From: Aggregatilineales bacterium
GTDB taxonomy: Bacteria; Chloroflexota; Anaerolineae; Aggregatilineales; Phototrophicaceae
Length of the DNA: 64,000 nt
Reading direction: 5' to 3'
Assembly (NCBI GenBank): GCA_046719065.1
Contig: JBDNDP010000015.1
Location: 9,616-73,615, forward strand
Shown in pieces: positions 55,418 through 64,000 of the stretch. The stretch's first letter is position 1, and the number at the start of each line of letters is the position of its first letter. A program made the position numbers and the translations under genes. A model generated the notes under the pieces. The model did not search any database. It was not told the DNA's origin and was given only the letters and a program-made list of their open reading frames with translations.

Positions 55418-57073
55418 ATGGGACAAGCTAAGCCCTCTCGAATGCGCCGCGCGTTCAGTTTCGTCATATTTCGCGTGGTTCCGTTCGTGCTGATCATCGC
55501 AAGTGCCTTGGTCGCATATTCAATCGCTCAATTGGCATTCCGCTATCTATCTGAACAGCGGCTGATTGCAGAGCGCGCGCCATTTTATCAAGCGACTGCT
55601 AGCGCGCTCGCCGAGACGTTGACAGCCACTCCTGTTGCAGACGATCAAACCTCAAATCTGCTTGTGCGTTTGGTCAAGCGCCAGTCCTCTGCAGGACAGT
55701 CCTCTGACCCGGAAGCGCCAGCGATCGCTCAATTTGCCACCAACACACCGCGCCCTCCCGCGCCGACAGCGACTCCCGAGCCTGTTTTCGAGATCACTGT
55801 TACACCGCGCCCGCTGCCAACCCTGTTCATCTATGGCCAGCCCAACCCTGATCAAGTGGCTGCTACGGCCATTCCGACCCCTGTGGAACCACTTGACCGA
55901 CGCGGCTATGATCTGATGAATATCCTTCTGCTCGGCAATGACGGCGAAATCACCGGCGATGGTTTCCTGCGCACCGATACGATGATCATCGTATCGATCA
56001 ATAGGACGACCAACAGCGTGGCTATGCTCAGCCTGCCGCGCGATCTTTACGTCTACATTCCCGGATGGACGATGCAGCGCTTGAATACTGCCTTCATGCG
56101 CGGCGAAGCAGGGGGATGGACAGACGGCGGCTTCGGCCTGATGCGCCAGACGATCTTCTATAACTTCGGCATCAATGTGCACTACTACGCAATGGTCGAT
56201 CTGACGGGTTTTAAGGCGATCGTCGATGCGGTCGGCGGCGTCAATCTTGCGGTTGACTGCGCCATCCGCGATTATCAGTTAGTTGAAGCGGAGGTGCCTG
56301 CAGGCGCATATCGTTACAACGAGGATGGCGAATATGTCCTGCCGGTAGGATACTATCGTATGAACGGCGCCGAAGCCCTCTGGTACGCGCGATCGCGCCG
56401 CAACAGCTCTGATTTCGACCGCGGTCGCCGCCAGCAGCAGCTTTTGCGGGCAGTTTGGCGAGAGGCGCGCGACCAGGGTTTGTTAGCGCAGGTGCCGCAG
56501 TTGTGGGCTGAGGCGTCGCCCTACATCCAGACGAACATGACTCTGGAAGATCTGCTCGGGTTAGTGCCGGTCGCAGCGAGCCTTGATCCCAGCCGCATCG
56601 AGAGCTTTACCTTCGCGCGCCTGTACCATACGACCCCGTGGCAAACTCCAGATGGGGACTTCGTCCAACTTCCGGTCTACGAGACGGTGCGCCAGATGCT
56701 AACCGACTTTTACAGCCCGCCGACCGAGAGCCAGCTCGTTTCTGAAGCCGCTACGGTCGCGGTCTATAATGCTAGCGGCAATCCTAATTGGGATCGTGTG
56801 GCCGCCGAACGTTTAGCGTGGAGCGGCTTCAATGCTGTTGCGATGGGCGAAGCGCCCGGCGAAACGCTCGCGCGATCGGCAATGGTCGACTATACAGGCC
56901 GCAGCAAAGGCAGTAGCCTCCAGCAGATCGCGGGCCTGCTCAATGTACGTGGTGAAGATTTGCGCATCGAGCCGAGCGCTACCCGCGGCTACGATTTTGA
57001 GGTCTTCATCGGGCAGAACTACAACTCTTGCACTGAAGGCGGCGTGCTCCCGATTGATGCGATCGGCGGCTGA
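55418..57073 (+). CDS. LCP (LytR-CpsA-Psr) family protein with LytR C-terminal domain
   Basis: NILLLGND, RTDTMI, SLPRDLYV, ARSR..SDFDRGRRQQ, V.VYNASG. Confidence 0.92.
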   Translation: MGQAKPSRMRRAFSFVIFRVVPFVLIIASALVAYSIAQLAFRYLSEQRLIAERAPFYQATASALAETLTATPVADDQTSNLLVRLVKRQSSAGQSSDPEAPAIAQFATNTPRPPAPTATPEPVFEITVTPRPLPTLFIYGQPNPDQVAATAIPTPVEPLDRRGYDLMNILLLGNDGEITGDGFLRTDTMIIVSINRTTNSVAMLSLPRDLYVYIPGWTMQRLNTAFMRGEAGGWTDGGFGLMRQTIFYNFGINVHYYAMVDLTGFKAIVDAVGGVNLAVDCAIRDYQLVEAEVPAGAYRYNEDGEYVLPVGYYRMNGAEALWYARSRRNSSDFDRGRRQQQLLRAVWREARDQGLLAQVPQLWAEASPYIQTNMTLEDLLGLVPVAASLDPSRIESFTFARLYHTTPWQTPDGDFVQLPVYETVRQMLTDFYSPPTESQLVSEAATVAVYNASGNPNWDRVAAERLAWSGFNAVAMGEAPGETLARSAMVDYTGRSKGSSLQQIAGLLNVRGEDLRIEPSATRGYDFEVFIGQNYNSCTEGGVLPIDAIGG

Positions 57074-57095
57074 TTGGGCTGCTGCGAGGCAACTG

Positions 57096-58079
57096 CTACC
57101 AGCGGTGGTGCACTTGGTCGCGGATATAATCCTTATAGATGCGCTCGATCTCGGCCATCTGCTCTGGCGTTAGTGGAGGCAGCTCGCCAGCGCGTACATT
57201 CGCTTCGACCTGCGCCGGGGTCTTCGCGCCGGGAATCGCGCATGTGACGGCGTCAAACATCAAGATCCAGCGCAGGGCCAGCATCGCCAGCGTCATGTCT
57301 TCGCTCACGAGCCTTTTTAATGCCTCGACCGCTGCCAAGCCCGTCTCAAAATCGACGCCTGAGAAGGTTTCGCCTCGGTCGAAGCGCTCGCCATGCCGGT
57401 TATAGTGGCGATGATCGTCACTTTCGAACCGGCTGTCCCGCGTTAATTTGCCGGTAAGCAAGCCGCTCGCCAGCGGCACGCGGGCTAAAATTGCGACCTT
57501 GCGGCGCTGCGCTTGCGGAAAAAACAGCTCAGCGGGGCGATGACGGAACATGTTGAAGATGATCTGCACCGACTGAACGCCATCATATTCAATCGCCTTG
57601 AGCGCTTCTTCGACTTTCTCAACGCTGACGCCGTAGTACCGAATTTTGCCGGCCCGAACCAGATCATCAAGCGCTGCAAAAACTTCTGGACGGTAATAAA
57701 CCTCAGTTGGCGGGCAGTGAAGCTGCACCAAATCCAGACAGTCGGTCTCCAAGTTTTGCAGGCTGCGCTCGATGAATCGCGTTAAATTCTCGGCGTTGTA
57801 TCCATCAGCAGTGTGGGGGTTAAGCCGCCGGCCGGCTTTGGTGATGATGTAAAAAGGTTCTGTCCGTTCGCGGCGCAGCCGGGCAAGCAAGCGCTCGCTG
57901 CGGCCGTCGCCGTAAACATCAGCCGTATCAAACAGGTTGACGCCCAGATCGACGGCACGGTGCAGCGCTGCCATCGATTCGGCGTCATCGACTTTGCCCC
58001 ACTCTGAGCCGATCGCCCATGCACCGAAGCTGATGGTTGATACCCGCCAGCCAGTGCGGCCAAACTCGCGATATTCCAT
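57096..58079 (-). CDS. Aldo/keto reductase
   Basis: FDTADVYG, DLVQLH, GKIRYYGVS, IPGAK. Confidence 0.93.
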   Translation of the reverse strand: MEYREFGRTGWRVSTISFGAWAIGSEWGKVDDAESMAALHRAVDLGVNLFDTADVYGDGRSERLLARLRRERTEPFYIITKAGRRLNPHTADGYNAENLTRFIERSLQNLETDCLDLVQLHCPPTEVYYRPEVFAALDDLVRAGKIRYYGVSVEKVEEALKAIEYDGVQSVQIIFNMFRHRPAELFFPQAQRRKVAILARVPLASGLLTGKLTRDSRFESDDHRHYNRHGERFDRGETFSGVDFETGLAAVEALKRLVSEDMTLAMLALRWILMFDAVTCAIPGAKTPAQVEANVRAGELPPLTPEQMAEIERIYKDYIRDQVHHRW

Positions 58080-58104
58080 GAGATCCTCTCGCTTTTATGA
58101 CGCA

Positions 58105-59319
58105 CTATCCAGGATAACCGCTGCTGCTGGCCGGGGCTGTGCCCCGAGTTTCTGCCACCTGCTGGGCGTAATGATCAAGACGATAGGCGGTCAGTGGATC
58201 GGGATGAATGCCCATCTCTTGACGGACTTTGGCCAGCAGAGGTCGCACATCGGTTTCAAAAGCGTCCATCAAAATGCCGTGCGCGCCGAGCACATCACCA
58301 GCCTGTTGGCGTTCTCGCAGCGCACGATAATCGACGATCAGCGCTTTGGCGTAGGCGGTCTGACAGTTGAGCACGCTGATCAGCATAGCCTCCAGCTTCG
58401 GTTCAATGTTGTGGCTTTGATCGATCATGTACGCGACATCGCGGGCAACATCGCCCGCCATAACCAGTTCCGTGAAGATCTCAAACAACTCGAACGGATT
58501 AACGCTGCCTACGATCAAATCGTCATCCGCATACTTTCGCGCATTAAAGTGGAAGCCGCCCAGCCGCCTTTCATCAAGCAGAAACGCCACAATATGCGCA
58601 ATATTAGTTCCCTGTGCGTGATGGCCGGTATCGACCAAAACTTGCGCGCGCTCGCCCAGTTTTAATGCTGTGGCATAAGCGGTTCCCCAATCGGCCAAAT
58701 CGGTATGGTAGAAAGCGGGTTCGAAGAACTTGTATTCGATCAACATGCGGCTCCCATCGGGAAGATGGCGATATGTTTCTGCCAGTGCTGCTTCCATGCG
58801 ATGTTTGCGCTCGCGCATATTGTCTTGGCCGGCATAATTGGTACCATCTGCAAACCATAGGCTGAGCAGCTTGCTGCTGGTTTGCCGCATGATTTCACAG
58901 CACTCGACCAGATGCGCCACTGCTTCTTCGCGCACGCGCGCACTGGGGTGGGTGATGCTGCCCAGTTTATACTGGTCGTCTTGAAATAAGTTCGGATTGA
59001 CCGCGCCAATGGCAACTCCTTGCTCTTGCGCATATTGCTTGAGCGCGACCCAGTCATCCGTCTTATCCCACGGGATATGAATGGCGACTGATGGCGCGAT
59101 GCCAGTCAATCGATGGATATAACCTGCATCTTGTAGTTTTTCGTGAATCGTCCGCGCGGCCCCCGGCCAGTTGAAAGTTTTGAAGCGGGTGCCACTGTTG
59201 CCATAACCCCATGATGGCGTTTCAATGTGCTGCTGCTTGAGCGCCATTTTAACTGCATTGATATCGATGCCGCGTAATTGCAAGCGCTCTGCGAGCACTT
59301 CATAGGCCCGGTCGTCCAT
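58105..59319 (-). CDS. rhaI: L-rhamnose isomerase (RhaI type)
   Basis: [42 protein letters not shown]. Confidence 0.92.
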   Translation of the reverse strand: MDDRAYEVLAERLQLRGIDINAVKMALKQQHIETPSWGYGNSGTRFKTFNWPGAARTIHEKLQDAGYIHRLTGIAPSVAIHIPWDKTDDWVALKQYAQEQGVAIGAVNPNLFQDDQYKLGSITHPSARVREEAVAHLVECCEIMRQTSSKLLSLWFADGTNYAGQDNMRERKHRMEAALAETYRHLPDGSRMLIEYKFFEPAFYHTDLADWGTAYATALKLGERAQVLVDTGHHAQGTNIAHIVAFLLDERRLGGFHFNARKYADDDLIVGSVNPFELFEIFTELVMAGDVARDVAYMIDQSHNIEPKLEAMLISVLNCQTAYAKALIVDYRALRERQQAGDVLGAHGILMDAFETDVRPLLAKVRQEMGIHPDPLTAYRLDHYAQQVAETRGTAPASSSGYPG

Positions 59320-59396
59320 AACCGCTCCTTAATTATTTGTCATAAAAAAGCGAAACTACTAAAATCCAAACCATTGCTCTCCTGTTTTGTTGTGCG

Positions 59397-59425
59397 AGTC
59401 TATTGTCTTTCGAAGGCTGTGTCAA
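59397..59425 (-). promoter_or_regulatory. Sigma70-type promoter of rhaI
   Basis: Minus strand TTGACA, 17 nt, TAGACT. Confidence 0.6.
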
Positions 59426-59557
59426 CCAAACGGCTGTTCGCGATGAATGCTGATGTTACACGTGGAACAGATCAGGACGAGGTTGCGCCTCAGTTAATGA
59501 TCAAGCTGCCATTGGCGGACTTCATCGAAGAAACTTCATGCTGAAAGGGAAGGAAAC

Positions 59558-61621
59558 ATGCCGCTCAATCTATGGGATGCCGCTGAAGCCGCGGCGCGCC
59601 CTGCTCTTGAGGGTTTAGTCTATCGCAGCAACCTGCTCGGCCATGACCGTGCCGTGGTCAACATCTATGGCGGCAACACCAGCGCTAAGCTTTCGCTCGT
59701 CGACCATATGGGACGCGCAGTCGAAGTGTTGGCCGTTAAGGCCTCTGGCTCTGATGTCCTCACAATCACCGAAAAGGGCTTCGCATTGCTGCGAATGGAG
59801 GATATCCGCCCCTTGATCGAACGCGATGCGATGACGGACGAGGAAATGGTCGCCTATCTGGAGCGTACAGTGTTTGAACCCGGCAGGCCGCGCCAAAGTA
59901 TCGAGACGCTGCTTCATGCTTTCATCCCGCATCGGCATGTCGACCATACGCATCCTGATGCGATCATCAGTTTGGCCTGCGCCCCTGATCCGGAAGCCGC
60001 AGCGCGCGCTGTCTACGGTGACCGTATGGCATTCGTCCCCTACATTCGCCCAGGGTTCACGCTCAGTAAGTGGATTGGTGAGAAGGTAATCGAGCATCCG
60101 TCGATTGAATGCGTGGTGATGGGAAAACATGGTTTAGTGACGTGGGGGCCAGATAGCAAAACCTGCTATGACCGGACGATCGCCATTATACAGGAAGCTG
60201 AAGACTATCTGGCTGAACGGCAGCGCGGTAAGCGAGTTTATGGTGAGCTGGTCGTGCCGCCGCTTGCGGAGGCAGAACGACGTGCAATTATGGTCGAAGT
60301 TCTGCCTGTTTTACGCGGGGCGGTGTCTTCATGGCGGCCGGCGATCTTGCAGTATGATGCCAGCGCGGTCGTGCTCGATATGGTCGGCAGCAGCCGCTCA
60401 TCCTACGTGAGCCAGCTCGGAGCGGCTTGTCCGGATCATCTCGTGCACGTCAAACGCCAGCCATTATTTGTGGATTGGCGGCCAGAGCAAGGCATTGAGG
60501 TGCTCAAACGTCAGTTAGTCGAAGGCGTTAGCGCTTATAAGCGCGCTTATGAGGCATACTTCGAAGCGTGCAAGCTCGAGGGTGATGAGATGCGTGACCC
60601 GGCCCCGCGCGTCATTCTCATTCCTGGTTTGGGCATGGTGACGACGGGCAAAGATGTTGTCAATGCCGATGTGAGCCGCCAGCTTTATCACCGTGCCATC
60701 GCTGTCATCGGCGCGAGCGAAGCGCTTGGAGGTTTCAATAGCCTTACCGCAAAGGAAGCCTACGACATCGAGTATTGGCCGCTTGAACTCTACAAGCTCA
60801 AGTTAGCGCCGCCCGACCGCGATTTTGCGGGCAAGATCGCGTTGGTCACTGGCGGGGCGAGTGGCATCGGACGCGCAACGGCCTTTAAGCTGGCGAGCGA
60901 GGGCGCCCATGTTGTGATTGCCGATATCAATGTGGATGCTGGAGAAGCTGCCGTCGATGAGCTGAACCGCCAGTTCGGAAAGGGTAGGGCGTTGTTTGTG
61001 GGCTGCGATGTGACCGACGAAACGGCCGTTCGCAATGCCCTCGAACAGACGGTGCTTGCGTATGGCGGCCTCGATGTGCTGGTTAACAACGCGGGCATTG
61101 CAGGCGGTGCTCCGATCGAGCAGACAACGGTGGAAGATTATGACCGCCAGTTCGATATTCTCGTCAAAGGCTATTTTTTGTTCGCGCGTGAGGCTTTCCG
61201 TGTGCTCAAGGCGCAAGGGATCGGTGGCGCGCTGGTGTTCGTCGGCAGCAAAAACAGCCTTGCGGCGGGTAAAGGCGCCAGCGTGTACAGCGCTGCTAAA
61301 GCGGCTGAGGTGCACATGGCGCGCTGTCTGGCTGAGGAGGGAGGCGAGTTCGGCATTCGTGTTAACTCCGTGCTGCCCGATGCCGTGATCCGTGGCAGCG
61401 GCATTTGGGATCAAGGTTGGAAAGAAGCCCGCGCTAAACAGTATGGCATCGGCGTGGAAGAGCTGAATGAGTTCTACCGTAAGCGCAATACGCTTAGAGT
61501 GGAGATTCTGCCGGAAGATTTGGCTGAGGCGATCGCGTTTTTGGCGGGGCCGCGCAGCGCTAAGACCACAGGCGCGCTGCTGGCAGTCGATGGAGGGGTG
61601 CCCGCGGCTTACGCCCGTTGA
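59558..61621 (+). CDS. Bifunctional rhamnulose-1-phosphate aldolase / short-chain dehydrogenase (RhaEW/YuxG type)
   Basis: GGNTSAK, SIET.LH, DHTHPD, CPDH, EYWPLE; SDR half TGGASGIG, NNAG, YSAAK; divergent from rhaI. Confidence 0.92.
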   Translation: MPLNLWDAAEAAARPALEGLVYRSNLLGHDRAVVNIYGGNTSAKLSLVDHMGRAVEVLAVKASGSDVLTITEKGFALLRMEDIRPLIERDAMTDEEMVAYLERTVFEPGRPRQSIETLLHAFIPHRHVDHTHPDAIISLACAPDPEAAARAVYGDRMAFVPYIRPGFTLSKWIGEKVIEHPSIECVVMGKHGLVTWGPDSKTCYDRTIAIIQEAEDYLAERQRGKRVYGELVVPPLAEAERRAIMVEVLPVLRGAVSSWRPAILQYDASAVVLDMVGSSRSSYVSQLGAACPDHLVHVKRQPLFVDWRPEQGIEVLKRQLVEGVSAYKRAYEAYFEACKLEGDEMRDPAPRVILIPGLGMVTTGKDVVNADVSRQLYHRAIAVIGASEALGGFNSLTAKEAYDIEYWPLELYKLKLAPPDRDFAGKIALVTGGASGIGRATAFKLASEGAHVVIADINVDAGEAAVDELNRQFGKGRALFVGCDVTDETAVRNALEQTVLAYGGLDVLVNNAGIAGGAPIEQTTVEDYDRQFDILVKGYFLFAREAFRVLKAQGIGGALVFVGSKNSLAAGKGASVYSAAKAAEVHMARCLAEEGGEFGIRVNSVLPDAVIRGSGIWDQGWKEARAKQYGIGVEELNEFYRKRNTLRVEILPEDLAEAIAFLAGPRSAKTTGALLAVDGGVPAAYAR

Positions 61622-61650
61622 TCGGGGATCGGGCTCGCCACGAAACAATC

Positions 61651-61680
61651 GAACCGCGCCGAGTACTCTCGGCGCGGTTC
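61651..61680. terminator. Perfect 13-bp hairpin between convergent genes
   Basis: GAACCGCGCCGAG-TACT-CTCGGCGCGGTTC; no U tract. Confidence 0.6.
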
Positions 61681-61705
61681 GCATAAGCCTCGTTTGGTGG
61701 ATCGC

Positions 61706-62611
61706 CTAGTCTTTTGCGGTTGGGTCAAAAGCGTCGCGGATGCCATCGCCAATGATATACAAGCACAGCACCGTCGTGAAAATCATCAGGCCGGGCAAGA
61801 TCACCAGATGGACGCCGCGCGTAAAGAAACTCTGCGCATTGGTCAGCATATTGCCCCAGCTCGGCGTTGGCGGTTTGATGCCGAGGCCGAGGAAGCTTAG
61901 GCCAGCTTCGGCTAAGATCAAGCTGCCGATATCGATCGCCATTGTGACCACGATGACTGAGAACAGGTTCGGCAGAATGTGGACAAACATAATCCGTCGC
62001 GAGGAAGCGCCAATCGCGCGCGCGCTTATGATGTATTCGCGTTCGCGCAGCGAAAGCGTCTCGCCACGGACGAGACGGGTTGTGCCCGTCCAGCCTAAAA
62101 AGCCGAGGACGAGGATTAAGGTTGTGGCGTTAGGCTGTAATACTGCTGCCACGATGATGAGTAAAAACAGCGAAGGAATTGAGGTAAGCGTGGCGATCAC
62201 CCAAATGACAATATCGTCCACTACGCCGCCGAAGAAACCTGTGAAGATGCCGAGCGTGACGCCGATGGTCATCGAAAGGGACGCGGCCAAAAAGCCGACG
62301 CTCAACGAGACCTGTCCGGCGTACAGCAGCCGCGCCAGGTGATCGCGTCCGAGATCGTCTGTGCCGAGAAGGTGTGGGTATGACCCGATCGGCAGGAAAG
62401 TGCGGCTGGCATCGGTGCGCGTATGGCTGACTCCGAGCTGTTGGGTGATCAGCGGGGCTGAAAACGACAGCACCGCCAGCGTGAGCAGAACGATCATCGC
62501 GACGATCGTCAGCCGGTCGCGGCGTAGCCGGCGTAGCGCCAGCGTAGTTAACGACTCGCCGACTGTAACCTCTTTCCGTTCGACATTGAGTTTAGCGACA
62601 GTAGTTGCCAT
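61706..62611 (-). CDS. Oligopeptide/dipeptide-type ABC permease (OppC/DppC-like)
   Basis: LGTDDLGRD, EYIISARAIGAS, LSFLGLG..PPTPSWG. Confidence 0.93.
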   Translation of the reverse strand: MATTVAKLNVERKEVTVGESLTTLALRRLRRDRLTIVAMIVLLTLAVLSFSAPLITQQLGVSHTRTDASRTFLPIGSYPHLLGTDDLGRDHLARLLYAGQVSLSVGFLAASLSMTIGVTLGIFTGFFGGVVDDIVIWVIATLTSIPSLFLLIIVAAVLQPNATTLILVLGFLGWTGTTRLVRGETLSLREREYIISARAIGASSRRIMFVHILPNLFSVIVVTMAIDIGSLILAEAGLSFLGLGIKPPTPSWGNMLTNAQSFFTRGVHLVILPGLMIFTTVLCLYIIGDGIRDAFDPTAKD

Positions 62612-62625
62612 AGTTTACAATACCT

Positions 62626-63699
62626 TTAGTCGAACCGGATGCGCGGGTCGATCAGCGCGTACAAGATATCTGATAAGATATAGCCGAGGAGCGTCGCGAC
62701 CGCAGTGACGATGACGACCGCCATCACGACGGGATAATCTTGCGAAGTCACTGCTTGCACGGCAAACCGTCCTAGACCGGGCCATGAAAAGATCGTTTCC
62801 GTGATTGCAGCGCCGCTCAGCAGGCCGGTGATCGCCGGGCCGAGGAAGGTCGCCAGCGGGATGAGAGCGTTGCGCGCGCCATGTTTGAACCAGACGTCGC
62901 GGCTCGCTAGCCCTTTTGACTGCGCTGTACGCATGTAGTCTTGGCTCTTCACATCCAGCATCGAAGCTCGCATGTAGCGCGAGTAGATCGCGATCGCGCC
63001 AGTCGCCAAGACGAAAGTCGGCAAGATTAAATATTCGAGCCGCTGGTATATGGGCGGGACACCGCCTGTAAGTGTTGGAGGTGTTCGCCCTCCCATGGGC
63101 AGCCAGCCCAACCACGATCCGAAGACGAGGATGAGGATCAGGCCGAGCCAGAAGATCGGGATCGCGTTGAAAACGACCGCCATTACGCGGGTGCTGGTAT
63201 CGAACCAGCCGCCCTTGTTGACGGCGGCGAGAATTCCGATCGGCACGCCAACCGACAGCCCGAGCAGCAGCGCCGAGGCGCCCAGCTCGAAGGTCGCCGC
63301 GACACGTTCACCCAGCATTTCGATTACATTGCGTCGATAAAAATAAGAACGGCCAAAATCGCCGCGCAGGATGCCCTTGCGCATGCCGGGGGGCAGGGGT
63401 TCGCCATCCGGGCCATACAGCGGCAGCAAGAATGAACGGTCAGCAACACCATCCCCGTTGCTGTCCCAGCGCATCCAATCGTCACCGGCCAGCCAGCGCA
63501 AATACTGGATCGGCCACGGATCGTTGACGCCGAGCTGAGCAGCCAGAAGCTGTCGCTGCTGCGGGGTCGTGCGCGGGTCGAAAGTCAGCGCAGCGACTGG
63601 CCCGCCCGGCGCGGCAGACATAAGCAGGTATGAAAAGATGGTGATGCCGAAGAAAGTGGGGATGGCTTGAATGAGGCGGCGGATGATGTACTTGATCAT
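62626..63699 (-). CDS. Oligopeptide/dipeptide-type ABC permease (OppB/DppB-like)
   Basis: YIIRRL, GDFGRS, DYMRTAQSKGL, ETIFSWPGLG. Confidence 0.93.
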   Translation of the reverse strand: MIKYIIRRLIQAIPTFFGITIFSYLLMSAAPGGPVAALTFDPRTTPQQRQLLAAQLGVNDPWPIQYLRWLAGDDWMRWDSNGDGVADRSFLLPLYGPDGEPLPPGMRKGILRGDFGRSYFYRRNVIEMLGERVAATFELGASALLLGLSVGVPIGILAAVNKGGWFDTSTRVMAVVFNAIPIFWLGLILILVFGSWLGWLPMGGRTPPTLTGGVPPIYQRLEYLILPTFVLATGAIAIYSRYMRASMLDVKSQDYMRTAQSKGLASRDVWFKHGARNALIPLATFLGPAITGLLSGAAITETIFSWPGLGRFAVQAVTSQDYPVVMAVVIVTAVATLLGYILSDILYALIDPRIRFD

Positions 63700-63844
63700 T
63701 GCACTAGGTTCGCTTAACTCGCATCAGCAGCTCGAAAGCTGACGGTCAAAGGCGTCCTTCACCTGCCGCTGCTTGAAAGCCGCGGCGGCAGGTGAGGGAT
63801 TCATTATGGTATGGGCAAGGAGAACGTCTGCCCAGTAGTGATGG

Positions 63845-64000
63845 TTACGGCGTGACGATCGACCAAGTGTCGACGTTCCAGTAAAGTTGGGCCGGATAAG
63901 GATCAAACCCGTTCACCGACGCCGACGCCGCATAGTTGCCGTTGATCACATAGAGTGGCACATATGGCAGGTCGTTCTGGAAGATTTCCTGCATCTGGAT
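63845..64000 (-). CDS. C-terminus of an ABC peptide-type substrate-binding protein (truncated by window edge)
   Basis: Hand-translated IQMQEIFQNDLPYVPLYV...YWNVDTWSIVTP*, a family-5 SBP-like C-terminus upstream of the permeases. Confidence 0.8.
   Translation of the reverse strand: MQMQEIFQNDLPYVPLYVINGNYAASASVNGFDPYPAQLYWNVDTWSIVTP

Overview
A 64-kb stretch of housekeeping chromosome. Protein styles (Thr/Pro-rich LysM surface protein, short-type Gnd, fused RhaEW) suggest Chloroflexota, probably Anaerolineae; this is inference. No rRNA, tRNA, CRISPR array or mobile element was recognised. Gene blocks in order: partner-switching signalling (PP2C, RsbW-like, receiver, PfkB); carbon metabolism (Pat-like acyl-CoA ligase/GNAT, gnd-zwf-pgl, pfkA, acs); a light/carotenoid operon (SRPBCC, carotenoid desaturase, photolyase, hydrolase, TspO-like, SDR); argGH; ilvEBNC-leuACD-cimA-leuB; FHA plus ClpN-kinase; SAM-I riboswitch with cystathionine gamma-synthase, thrC and thrB; ALDH; iscX-nuoB-nuoCD-nuoI; DUF2256 plus a domain-inverted photolyase; mrp/apbC; envelope genes; rhamnose catabolism; an oligopeptide-type ABC transporter. 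Best leads: (1) an unannotated, apparently leaderless Arg-rich leader peptide with antiterminator and terminator ahead of argGH, i.e. a candidate arginine attenuator; (2) an identical 17-aa C-terminal peptide on NuoB and NuoI, encoded with 14 of 17 codons synonymously different, in a Q-module-only operon headed by iscX; (3) a plant-like O-phosphohomoserine Met/Thr branch-point locus; (4) an FHA/ClpN-kinase pair and a His-less giant coiled-coil histidine kinase. All product calls come from motif recognition, not database searches.
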